Assembly (NCBI GenBank): GCA_963840305.1 | Contig: CAWIYE010000003.1 | Coordinates: 134,739 to 198,738 of the forward strand | DNA length: 64,000 nucleotides | DNA from: an uncultured Verrucomicrobiae bacterium | GTDB taxonomy: Bacteria; Verrucomicrobiota; Verrucomicrobiia; Chthoniobacterales; UBA10450 | Direction of reading: 5' to 3' | Part shown: positions 1-7,722 of the stretch, piece by piece | Layout of the letters: each line of letters starts with the position of its first letter | Numbering within the stretch: the stretch's first letter is position 1 | The notes under the pieces: model-generated | What the model was told of the DNA's origin: nothing | Seen by the model: only the letters and a program-made list of their open reading frames with translations | Databases searched by the model: none | Made by a program: the position numbers and the translations under genes

Positions 1-1
1 A

Positions 2-193
2 ACCAATGACAGCATGCAGGTCCACGTCTATGGGCCGAGCCTGGCAACGGTGGTCGGCACATCGACGGAAAAGGGCAAAGACAAGAATGGGAAACAATTC
101 AGTCACTCTTTCGGCTGGGTCGATACCTGGATGGAGCGCAACGGAAAATGGGAGTGCATTGGCGAAGCCGTCACGCAGCTTAAGAAGAAGTAA
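2..193 (+). CDS. 3' fragment of an NTF2-fold (SnoaL-like/DUF4440-like) protein; the N-terminus lies left of the window
   Basis: The frame is open from the window edge to TAA at 191-193. It translates to ...FSHSFGWVDTWMERNGKWECIGEAVTQLKKK, a DUF4440/SnoaL-type C-terminus. It is absent from the ORF track because there is no in-window start. Confidence 0.45.
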   Translation, partial: TNDSMQVHVYGPSLATVVGTSTEKGKDKNGKQFSHSFGWVDTWMERNGKWECIGEAVTQLKKK

Positions 194-275
194 TCTGCTT
201 TTCGGTAACCCCCAGTGGTAACCGACGGCTATCGCGTCTATGGGCTGCTTTCCTGAGCTGCAGCCAACAGCTCTC

Positions 276-422
276 GATTTAGCTGACATATAGTTTACAG
301 AAATTTTTTGGCACGCTGTTGCCCCACTATAGAGGTTGCCATCTTGCAGCCTTTTTCGGCAAACTCCCCCTCTATGGAGGCAGAAATAGATTGCACGTTG
401 CAGTCTAATTCTAGTTCGATGG
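276..422 (+). repeat. Cassette-junction repeat E1 (attC-like, long form)
   Basis: Left box AGCTGAC at 281-287 within GATTTAGCTGACATATAG. Right box GTTCGAT at 414-420, 9 nt before the ATG at 430. It shares the ...CTCTATGGAGGCAGAAATAGATTGCACGTTGCAGTCTAATT module with E6 and E7. Confidence 0.6.
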
Positions 423-429
423 ATTCGAA

Positions 430-957
430 ATGACAGGGCTCGAGCTTGCTGACACCGCAGTAAAGATCGGGTTGGGTGCTCTGATTACAGGCGTCGCGAC
501 CTATCTTAACAGTAAACTGGGATTTAAACGCGACGCGGCGAAGACGTATTCCACGAGACGTCGCGAGTTGCTAGAAAACATAGGCGAGCAGATCGAAGGC
601 TTTACTCATGTCGTCCTTAAATTTTGGGCGCGTGCCAGTGGAATCGGCAAGACGCTGGAGAAGGGCGACACGATATCGCAGGAGCAATCAGATCGGTTCG
701 GCGCAACGGTCGACGAGCTATTCGATGCATTTAAGAATTTGTCGACAGCTGAAGCCCGTCTTCTTCTGCTAGGCGAAGATTTGGCGCAACAACGCGTGCG
801 AGAGTACGGAGAATTGATCCAGACATTGCAGGGTGCCATCGATGCGGCAGGTAGTTTCAGCGAGAGTGAGAGTAAAGAATGGCGATTGCGAATTCTCGCG
901 GCGCGGCAAGCAGTCTTTACCGAATTAAGCCGCGCCTATCGAACATTGAGCATCTAA
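430..957 (+). CDS. Hypothetical protein with an N-terminal TM helix (cassette ORF)
   Basis: 175-aa ORF starting 9 nt after the E1 right box. It has a hydrophobic N-terminus (IGLGALITGVATYL). No family was recognised. Confidence 0.5.
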   Translation: MTGLELADTAVKIGLGALITGVATYLNSKLGFKRDAAKTYSTRRRELLENIGEQIEGFTHVVLKFWARASGIGKTLEKGDTISQEQSDRFGATVDELFDAFKNLSTAEARLLLLGEDLAQQRVREYGELIQTLQGAIDAAGSFSESESKEWRLRILAARQAVFTELSRAYRTLSI

Positions 958-977
958 CTCGGCCACATAGCGACATC

Positions 978-1135
978 GCAAAGGGCAAGATCGGAAGCGG
1001 GGGAAAAAGAAACGCTTGGCAGACTCACGAGCCTAGGGACTCAGACATCTGCCAAGCGATAATAAGCTCCAATACCCTAGTTCGGAAATGGGCGCTCTAG
1101 CGCGCGTATCGGGGCAATCGGAGGCAACACCTCCC
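978..1135 (+). repeat. Non-coding module B, copy 1 (candidate structured RNA)
   Basis: About 158 bp, near-identical to 1872-2029. It contains the 9-bp inverted repeat CTTGGCAGA...TCTGCCAAG and a terminal hairpin AATCGGAGG-caacac-CCTCCCGATT followed by TTTT. Confidence 0.55.
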
Positions 1136-1244
1136 GATTTTGTCTGACATATAGTTTTTTACGGAAATTTTCGGGCGCGGGTTTTGCTGCCGCCAGGAAA
1201 TGGCCTTCCGGCCCGGAGCATCGCCCAGAATTTCAACATTAGGC
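1136..1244 (+). repeat. Cassette-junction repeat E2 (attC-like)
   Basis: Left box GTCTGAC at 1142-1148 and right box ATTAGGC at 1238-1244 (103 bp box to box). An internal imperfect palindrome pairs GAAATTTTCGGGCG (1164-1177) with CGCCCAGAATTTC (1222-1234), leaving one unpaired base. Confidence 0.6.
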
Positions 1245-1248
1245 GCGG

Positions 1249-1644
1249 TCACCCTTGGTAATCGTGGCCCAATTGCCTGGACCAACTCCGAGTGAAGAAG
1301 TCATTCATCTGCTCTTCCGGTGCCTGCGCGACGTGCTGCTGTGCACAGAGCTGCTGATACCGTCGATGTTCCCGTTCTCCGCCCACATACTCCACGCCGG
1401 CTTTCTCGTCTTTAAAAACGTAGAAGACTTTGCCCTTCATTGTGCCCCGCTCGAGTTTGTTACTTGGAAACGCCGCGTAGAGCTCCTTTTGCTTTGCGGT
1501 CTGTGGAGTGTGCACACGGAAGCCGGCTGCGGAGAGTAACGATGTGGTCTTATTTGTTTCCATGCTGGCGCAGCCGGCAAAGAAAATGATGCCGCAGGCG
1601 GCCAAGATGAGCATCAGGTGCGAGTTGGTTATTCTGGTTTTCAT
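1249..1644 (-). CDS. Putative lipoprotein (cassette ORF in reverse orientation)
   Basis: 131-aa ORF with a signal peptide and lipobox (IIFFAGC). Its stop lies 4 nt from the E2 right box. Confidence 0.6.
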   Translation of the reverse strand: MKTRITNSHLMLILAACGIIFFAGCASMETNKTTSLLSAAGFRVHTPQTAKQKELYAAFPSNKLERGTMKGKVFYVFKDEKAGVEYVGGEREHRRYQQLCAQQHVAQAPEEQMNDFFTRSWSRQLGHDYQG

Positions 1645-1796
1645 GGTTCGTTGCGTGTTGATTGGCTACGACTTGCAGTAAAGCGCGCGTCGACCGCTGG
1701 CGTCAATAATATCTTGAGTCTGTCACGAAAAACAATCACGCGCGGATTGAACGGAGATGAAAAGCAAGATCCGCAACGCCAGGTCGCGCGATTCGC

Positions 1797-1851
1797 GGAT
1801 TCAATCTGACATATACAGGTACTGATTTTGTCGGGCAGGGGATTTGCTAGA
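1797..1851 (+). repeat. Cassette-junction repeat E3 (attC-like, short form)
   Basis: Left box ATCTGAC at 1803-1809 and right box GCTAGAT at 1845-1851 (49 bp). The two boxes are complementary except for one G-T pair and one mismatch. Confidence 0.5.
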
Positions 1852-1871
1852 TGAGGGCCCCGTTTTCAAGA

Positions 1872-2029
1872 GCAAAGGGCAAGATTGGAAGCGGGGGAAA
1901 AAGAAACGCTTGGCAGACTCACGAGCCTAGGGACTCAGACATCTGCCAAGCGATAATAAGCTCCAACACCTTAGTTCGGAAATGGGTGCTCTAGCGCGTG
2001 TATCGGCGCAATCGGGGGCAACACCTCCC
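1872..2029 (+). repeat. Non-coding module B, copy 2 (ORF-less unit between E3 and E4)
   Basis: Near-identical to 978-1135. No credible ORF on either strand. Confidence 0.55.
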
Positions 2030-2133
2030 GATTTTGTCTGAGATATAGTTTTTTACGGAAATTTTTTGGCAGGATCTCTGCCCTAGAATTGCGTTGAGGT
2101 TCCTCCGTCGGTACGATCTAACTGTCGTTAGAT
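2030..2133 (+). repeat. Cassette-junction repeat E4 (attC-like)
   Basis: Left box GTCTGAG at 2036-2042 and right box GTTAGAT at 2127-2133 (canonical GTTRRRY), preceded by its exact complement ATCTAAC at 2116-2122. There is a central imperfect palindrome around GGCAG-gatct-CTGCC. Confidence 0.6.
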
Positions 2134-2138
2134 GAGAT

Positions 2139-3076
2139 TCAGTGTGCCTTCGCTGCTAATCTAATCCACTTGTTTGCCAGGGTGACCCCGACAAACCCGG
2201 AATCATGGCATTGTGTGTTCACCGATATGAAAGCTACGGGCGCGGTGGCGGAGTTGGGCGCAGCCGCGGTGTCGGTCCAAGCCTTGGCGTCGGTGTTGGC
2301 GATGCAGTCGGCGTAGTTAGGAGGTTCGCATAGATTCGGTAAACCTGATCCGGCGCTGAAGGGTCTAAGCCGCACGTGGCTCCCCTGCGGCTCCAACTCG
2401 TGCAAGCCCCGAAGAAACCACTGGGGTTCCGCCACACAGCAGGGTCAAGGTCGGTGACGGTTCGATTAGTCCAACCCCACTCCCCGCAGCACATCGCTGT
2501 CATGTTGGCTTGGATCTCGACCCAATATTTGCCGGGAAATAGGATCGCCTGCTGGCAAGGGGGGTTGTCGCATATATGTAGAGTGAAGGTGCTACCGTTC
2601 TGCGTCCACAACGCGAAAGTTGGCTAGACCTGGTTGCCGGGAAAGCCATCGTTGTCAGCATAAACGAAGACAGTGAAAGTGTGGGCAGGTCCTGGCCCAT
2701 TGAAGTACGCGCCGTCAACATCGATCCACCGCACCATCCAGGCGTAACCTTGCACAACAAAATCGTCTGCTAGATCGGAATTCATGGCAGAAGCGTCAGT
2801 GAAGGTGCTTGATAATGTCACAGCGGTTCCGGCGTTGTTGTACTGATCCCAGACTACTACCGCCGTCGCTGCGGCAACTGGCGAGGGCTGCGCCTCAGCG
2901 GATCCACTTGTCGCGTGTCCCACTGCGAATGAGCTCTTCGTGGGATCGATAGCGGAGTCAGTAGCGTTTTGCTGTCCGAGCGCGAGCCGGATCACGAACG
3001 CAGACAGGAGCAGAAGCAGGTAGAGCGTGCCTCGAACAACATGCGCCTTAGTCGACGGCGGATTTTGTTTTTTCAT
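2139..3076 (-). pseudogene. Secreted protein of unknown function, disrupted by an in-frame TAG and a probable frameshift
   Basis: N-terminal signal peptide (LYLLLLLSAFVIRLALG). ORFs 2624..3076 and 2234..2611 share one frame and are separated only by a TAG at 2624-2626. The plausible C-terminus continues in ORF 2139..2435 after a frame change near 2400. Confidence 0.5.
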
Positions 3077-3135
3077 AAACCGGCGTTTACGCGTGGCGAG
3101 GGTTCATTCTGATCAAACGCAGATCAAGATGTCGA

Positions 3136-3225
3136 GAGTTTTGTATGACATATAGTTTTTTACGGAAATTTTCGAGCACGCGTTCTGTCCGAGGATCGCG
3201 TTGACGGTTCGGGTTCTAACTAGAT
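3136..3225 (+). repeat. Cassette-junction repeat E5 (attC-like)
   Basis: Left box GTATGAC at 3143-3149 within TTTTGTATGACATATAGTTTTTTACGGAAATTTT. Right box ACTAGAT at 3219-3225. Confidence 0.55.
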
Positions 3226-3262
3226 GTTGTAAGCGCAGGGCGAGTGCGCTAAAACCGTCCGC

Positions 3263-3580
3263 ATGTCGAAGGTTATCCTTGGTTTGATCGCTGGTGTGGT
3301 ATTTGGCGCTCTCGATGTCGGTTTGATGCTGCCGATGTCCTTTCCCGATAAGACAGCGGCCCTGCTCGGCGCATTCACCAGCCGATTCGCCATCGGCTTC
3401 GTCATTGGCTGCGTGCAGTTGCCCTCCTGGCCCGGATGGTTAGTCGGGTTGCTATTCGGGTCACTCATTAGTCTTCCGGATGCCATTATCACCCACAAGT
3501 ATGTTCCAATTCTCGTGCTCGGTGGGATTGGCGGCCTCGTGATAGGCGGGCTAATTCATGGGTGGAAAGTCCACATCTAA
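3263..3580 (+). CDS. Small integral membrane protein (cassette ORF)
   Basis: 105-aa ORF, almost entirely hydrophobic and Gly-rich, consistent with 3-4 TM segments. Its stop lies about 20 nt before the E6 left box. Confidence 0.6.
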   Translation: MSKVILGLIAGVVFGALDVGLMLPMSFPDKTAALLGAFTSRFAIGFVIGCVQLPSWPGWLVGLLFGSLISLPDAIITHKYVPILVLGGIGGLVIGGLIHGWKVHI

Positions 3581-3591
3581 TCAGGTCGAGC

Positions 3592-3737
3592 AATTTTACA
3601 TGACATATATTTTTTACGGAAAATTTTGGGCGCGGGTTTTGCCACGAATCGCGGTTGACGCCCTGCAGCGTTTTCGGGCAAACTGCCTCTATGGAGGCAG
3701 AAATAGATTGCGCGTTGCAGTCTAATTCTCGTTAGGC
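3592..3737 (+). repeat. Cassette-junction repeat E6 (attC-like, full-length reference copy)
   Basis: Left box ACATGAC at 3598-3604 and right box GTTAGGC at 3731-3737 (canonical GTTRRRY), 140 bp apart. It contains the 7-bp hairpin CTGCCTC-tatg-GAGGCAG. Confidence 0.6.
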
Positions 3738-3793
3738 CTCATGCCTGCGCGGAAAACTTCAAGTTATGCTATCGAGCATCAATACTATCGCAG

Positions 3794-4181
3794 ATGTTGA
3801 ACACTCTACGCACGTTTAGGCGAACGCGACTACGAAGCAGTGATGTCGTATTTGGCTGACGACATTGTCTGGATCGTGGCTGACAATTCGCCGTTGGCGG
3901 ACCGCAGCCCTTATAACGGGATTGGTGAGGTGCGCTCAGGCGTGTTCGAACGTCTCACGGCGGGTTTCGACAAACTCGTCTTTGCCACGGACGAAATCTT
4001 TGAGTGCAAAGGCGGCGAGAAAGTCGTGGCTCTCGGCTACTATTACTTCAGGTTTCACGGGCAAGCTGAAGAACGCAAAGCACAGGTCGCCCACGTGTGG
4101 ACGATCCGCGACGGTCGGGCCGTTAAGTTCCAGCAATACCTCGATACGCTCCGGGTCGCAAGAGACGCGGGAGCGCTCTAA
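3794..4181 (+). CDS. SnoaL-like / NTF2-fold protein (cassette ORF); an N-terminal frameshift is likely
   Basis: ORF 3840..4181 plus in-frame upstream ...YARLGERDYEAV match the SnoaL-like N-terminal pattern. The only ATG (3794, MLNTL) is in another frame, implying a 1-nt indel near 3805. Confidence 0.6.
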
Positions 4182-4195
4182 GGCTCCGGGCCCTC

Positions 4196-4329
4196 GATTT
4201 TGTCTGACATATAGTTTTTTACCGAAATTTTTGGGCAAATTGTGGCCCGGAATTGCGGTTGAGCGTACTGCAGGGTTCCGCGGCAGACTGCCTGAGCTTG
4301 CAAGTTGCAGTCTAATTTATATTGAGGCC
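4196..4329 (+). repeat. Cassette-junction repeat E7 (attC-like, long form)
   Basis: Left box GTCTGAC at 4202-4208. The right end ATTGAGGCC at 4321-4329 lies 2 nt before the ATG at 4332. It shares the GAATTGCGGTTGAG...GTTGCAGTCTAATT module with E6. Confidence 0.6.
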
Positions 4330-4331
4330 TG

Positions 4332-4942
4332 ATGACGCTGCCCACGCCAGCAGTTTGGTCCGCAGTCGCCGCCTCATTATCTGCTGTATCAGCGTTCCTT
4401 ATGTGGCGGATTCAGCGGTGTAACTTCTTCGAGGCTTCACGTCCCGAACTAGTGTTAACTGGATGGCGAAGACAGCCCAACTTCGAAGGCGGTAGCTCTG
4501 ACGAGACAATTTTCTTCGACACTGTCCGAAACATTGGACAGGGAGCTGCAGTTGGTGTCTCGATAAAAGGAGACTTCCCGAAAATCCGGTGACTGCTGTA
4601 GCCTCAGGCGACAGCATTGATATCCTTGCTGCTGGCGAAGCAACAAAAGTCCAAGGCAGGGTGTCGCTGTGGTGGAAGAATGCACCTGCTGAGGGCGACT
4701 TAATACGGTTCAACATCTATCTGCGGTTCGAGGATGATCGCGGAATGCACTATGAGACTCGCTACGGGCTCTTCACCGGGAGGCTTGGCGTCGAAGTCGG
4801 ATGTTATCTGAAGAGATGGCCCCCGGGTTGCATTTGGGCGAACGCAGCACCAAAAGCATGCCGCTACGGCGGCGCAACCTATTCAAGCGTCTCCGACGGG
4901 TCCCGAACACGGTTCAAACGATTTTTTGCTCCCAATCGTTGA
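4332..4942 (+). CDS. Hypothetical membrane-anchored protein (cassette ORF) with a frameshift near 4590
   Basis: ORFs 4332..4592 (N-terminal TM helix) and 4589..4942 abut and read as one protein if a 1-nt indel is assumed. No family was recognised. Confidence 0.4.
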
Positions 4943-5074
4943 GGCGTGAACTGTTCCCCCTAGAGGAAAGGGGTTTGGGGGAAAACGTGGTTTCCCCCAA
5001 CTAAAAGCGCTTCTGTAGGCATTCGAGCGCGCCTCGAATTAGTGCGAAATTCGGACACAAAAATGAATCACGGC

Positions 5075-5092
5075 CTCGTCTGAGATATGTGT
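5075..5092 (+). repeat. Truncated junction repeat E8 (left box only)
   Basis: CGTCTGAGATATGTG contains GTCTGAG at 5078-5084, the same variant as in E4. The rest of the repeat is replaced by AT-rich DNA. Confidence 0.4.
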
Positions 5093-5110
5093 AAAAATAT
5101 AAATAAATAC

Positions 5111-5139
5111 TTGACAAATAGGTATTTATATGTTATAAT
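5111..5139 (+). promoter_or_regulatory. Consensus sigma70-type promoter overlapping an AT-rich hairpin
   Basis: TTGACA (5111-5116), an exact 17-nt spacer, then TATAAT (5134-5139), about 30 nt upstream of the GTG at 5168. The inverted repeat ATAAATAC/GTATTTAT brackets the -35 element. Confidence 0.6.
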
Positions 5140-5167
5140 TGTGCTATGACAATGGGTAATCGAGCTT

Positions 5168-5701
5168 GTGAGCCCCGAATCGGCAACGGAATGGCAGCTC
5201 AAGCTGATCGTGTGGGAATTTTTCTGCACGCTCACCTGGGAGTCGCGGGCGCGGAGCTGTGTGCGTAAGAGGCGGGAACATGTAACGCGCTGGCTACGTT
5301 ATTGGGCGCGAACGGTGCGCCCAGGGGTGAGCCATGCATTGGAGCAACTCGCGTATGTGATTCGTTGGGAGCGAGGCGAGATCGGCGGCTTGCCGCATTG
5401 TCACGTTTTGATTTCGCGATTTCCTTTGCGGTCGATTCACCAGAGCACGTGCTTTGCGATGATACATACCTGGAAGCATGGAATCGCACAGGTTCGTCTG
5501 TATGACCCTTACGGGCCGGGCGACGCCTGCAAATATCTTTCGAAGGGGCGTTTCTCGTCAGCGGCAGATTGCGAGGGCGCGAATACATACGAGCTGCGCA
5601 AGTTCAACCGGGCGGACTGGCTTTACATCAGTCCAGGCGCTTGGGCAGAAATGCGAGAAGCTCGAACGGTGGCCATGAGAATGTCGCCGCTTCTGTCGTA
5701 A
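5168..5701 (+). CDS. HUH-superfamily rolling-circle Rep-like endonuclease (small, no helicase domain)
   Basis: 177 aa with three RCR motifs in the canonical order: FFCTLTW (motif I), LPHCHVLI (HUH, motif II), ACKYLSKG (catalytic Tyr, motif III). Confidence 0.55.
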   Translation: MSPESATEWQLKLIVWEFFCTLTWESRARSCVRKRREHVTRWLRYWARTVRPGVSHALEQLAYVIRWERGEIGGLPHCHVLISRFPLRSIHQSTCFAMIHTWKHGIAQVRLYDPYGPGDACKYLSKGRFSSAADCEGANTYELRKFNRADWLYISPGAWAEMREARTVAMRMSPLLS

Positions 5702-5769
5702 ACCGATTATACGCGGAAGTGCTTTGGTCACCGCGAGGGTTCCCGGCGAGCGCAGCGAGCCGGGTTCCT

Positions 5770-6042
5770 CTAACTAGTCGCTTTGACCCGCAGGATTGAT
5801 TCGTGATTGGGCGGAGGCGGAACGAACGTCGTCGGTGGTATTACCTCACTGATCGTCCCTGGCTTGAATCGCCAATGCCGAATAGGCGCTCCGTCGGGAT
5901 ATTTGCTCACTTCCAGTTCGGCCTCAATATATCCGTCCTGCGGTTGGGGCTGAGGTTGTGGTGATCTGAGCATCCTAGATGCAGCGACGAACGAAGCCAG
6001 TGCAATCGCTACAACCAGAAGATTGTGGAGAACGGAACGCAT
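5770..6042 (-). CDS. Small secreted/membrane protein with a PQ repeat
   Basis: Likely start at MRSVLHNLLVVAIALASFVAAS (hydrophobic N-terminus), followed by PQPQPQPQ. No family was recognised. Confidence 0.35.
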   Translation of the reverse strand: MRSVLHNLLVVAIALASFVAASRMLRSPQPQPQPQDGYIEAELEVSKYPDGAPIRHWRFKPGTISEVIPPTTFVPPPPNHESILRVKATS

Positions 6043-6125
6043 TTCTAACCAATCACAAAGCTTAAGCCACGTCATCAAAAGGTGCAAGACGCGGGTCCGG
6101 GGCAATCGGAGGCAACACCGAGCGA

Positions 6126-6751
6126 TTATTCAGGAGGTTTCCTGAATGAGACGCCGAAGGCTCGACGCCATACTGAACGGCGAACATTTCTGTGATTTCG
6201 GAAAAACTCGATTCGCCCGAGCTTCATCGCCTGATCGACAGTGATGCCTTCTGGCAGGAACTCGCTAGCGTGCTTAAGGATGCGCTTTGCCGCATCAGGG
6301 TCAGGGTGATCAGGATGAAGGAGAAAAAACGCACGAAATGTACGCACGTACAGCGTGACGTTGCCAAAAATCCGCTCAAAGGCGGTCAGGGCATCAAAAA
6401 GAATCGGAGCGTTTGCGGACGGCAGAAGATACTAGGCCGGAATAAGGATTACTAGAAGCATGACGCAAAAAATCATAAGCGGTTGTAAAGATTTCCGATC
6501 CGATTTTAGACTGAAGACGCGGGCCTTTTCCAGATTTCTTTCCCAGTGCTTCGAGACACTGATAGAGCGGCCATGATAAGCAGGTGGATAGGCAAAGGGT
6601 CTTTCTCGAAAAACCAAAGCCAGATTGCGGTGTCTATCAGCCTAGCAACCGCGTCATAACGAGAAACTGTAATCACCTTACCAGTTGCGCGTGCGGCAAA
6701 GTGAGCTGGGCCTGGCGGTCCTACGGTTCTTCTTTTCTGGGTCTTACCCAC
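6126..6751 (-). pseudogene. Disrupted hypothetical gene (frameshift plus in-frame TAG)
   Basis: Minus-strand ORFs 6506..6751, 6432..6617 and 6126..6347 read as one protein. The frame of 6126..6347 stays open upstream to a TAG at 6432-6434. Confidence 0.35.
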
Positions 6752-6782
6752 GCGACCTTAAACAAGCTTGTTTTTGACAATG

Positions 6783-7213
6783 CTACTCGCGGCCTTCATG
6801 GGTGATGTAAAGCTCTGGTTCAACTCCCATCATTCCAAATCCAGGCAGTTGAATCAGGAGACGATCACGTAACACACCGCAATGATAATCGGCCATTCCT
6901 TCAGAAATGCCAATAGCGTGGGCGATCTGCGACAAGGTAAGGTCGTGGTCGAACAGAAGTCTCAGGACTTCTCGATCGAGTCCTCTGCCAAATCTCGTTT
7001 TGGACGAAGGCGCTCAAGTTCCAGTTCAAGTTCTTCCACCTTTTTCTCAAGGTTAGAAGTCTTCGCAATCAGATCGGATTTCTCGCCTTCGAGCGTGACA
7101 ATTTGCTTCGTAAGCAAATCGAGCTGCTTCTCTTGAAGATCAATTACATCTTTTTTGACTCCGGCATTTCTGAACGCTTGCATGATGCCGCCCGCGATCT
7201 CTTGCCAGTTCAT
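6783..7213 (-). CDS. Coiled-coil protein with a C-terminal winged-helix HTH (ArsR-like); frameshift near 6965
   Basis: ORF 6962..7213 is heptad-rich (EKKVEELELELERL). The next frame continues VLRLLFDHDLTLSQIAHAIGISEGMADYHCGVLRDRLLIQ to a TAG at 6783-6785. Confidence 0.5.
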
Positions 7214-7296
7214 TCCGAGTCAGTAGATCAAAACCAGAATGCCGATGGCAACCCAATAATTCGACAAGTATGCAACAAAATCGTATATGTAGATTC

Positions 7297-7722
7297 ATGG
7301 CAGACCGTGACGCTAACAAAGAGGCTCTCGATCAAGTCGAGCACGCTACCGAATCAGAGCCAGTCAAAGGCGATGATCTTGTTGGAATCGTCAGAGGACT
7401 CAAGCGTCAGTTACGCGAGGCTAAAGAGCGGCTTAACGCCGAAGCCAATTCGGCGAGCAGCCGGTCTAGCAGGCCGGAGAAATTCGTTTCCCGTTTCTTC
7501 GCTCGCTTCACGTTCTTTTCCGTGAGCGTGACAGTATACGGCGCTCTTGCCCATCTGGCTTTCGGCCAGCGCCTTTTCGTTTTCCCGCCTCTGTTGGTTC
7601 TTGCATTGAAAAAATATATATCTTTTCTATTGACTATACTGTTGAATCTATATATATTATTTCAAGTAGTCAACCAACATTTATGGCAAACAAAAGACTC
7701 TCCAAAGAAAAGCAGACTTTAG
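7297..7722 (+). CDS. Hypothetical protein; the 3' end is doubtful
   Basis: ORF starting MADRDANKEALDQVE lies divergent from 6783..7213. Its 3' part runs through the AT-rich promoter-like region at 7600-7680, so the true stop is uncertain. Confidence 0.25.
   Translation: MADRDANKEALDQVEHATESEPVKGDDLVGIVRGLKRQLREAKERLNAEANSASSRSSRPEKFVSRFFARFTFFSVSVTVYGALAHLAFGQRLFVFPPLLVLALKKYISFLLTILLNLYILFQVVNQHLWQTKDSPKKSRL

Noticed and set aside
6-221. ORF 6..221 as a cassette gene
   Set aside because: The product is Arg-rich and low-complexity. The overlapping frame 2..193 gives a recognisable DUF4440/SnoaL-type C-terminus instead.
6126-6347. J-domain (DnaJ-like) protein suggested by the HPD tripeptide in FFLLHPDHPDPD
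   Set aside because: The frame stays open upstream for another about 28 codons without J-domain helix I/II features, and it connects to the 6432..6751 ORFs. The HPD is probably coincidental within a different, disrupted protein.
5100-7300. Integrated Microviridae-type prophage, given the phiX/gokushovirus-like Rep motifs
   Set aside because: No ORF has the size or character of a major capsid protein (about 500 aa) or a pilot/scaffold protein. The neighbouring ORFs are small, disrupted and unrelated.
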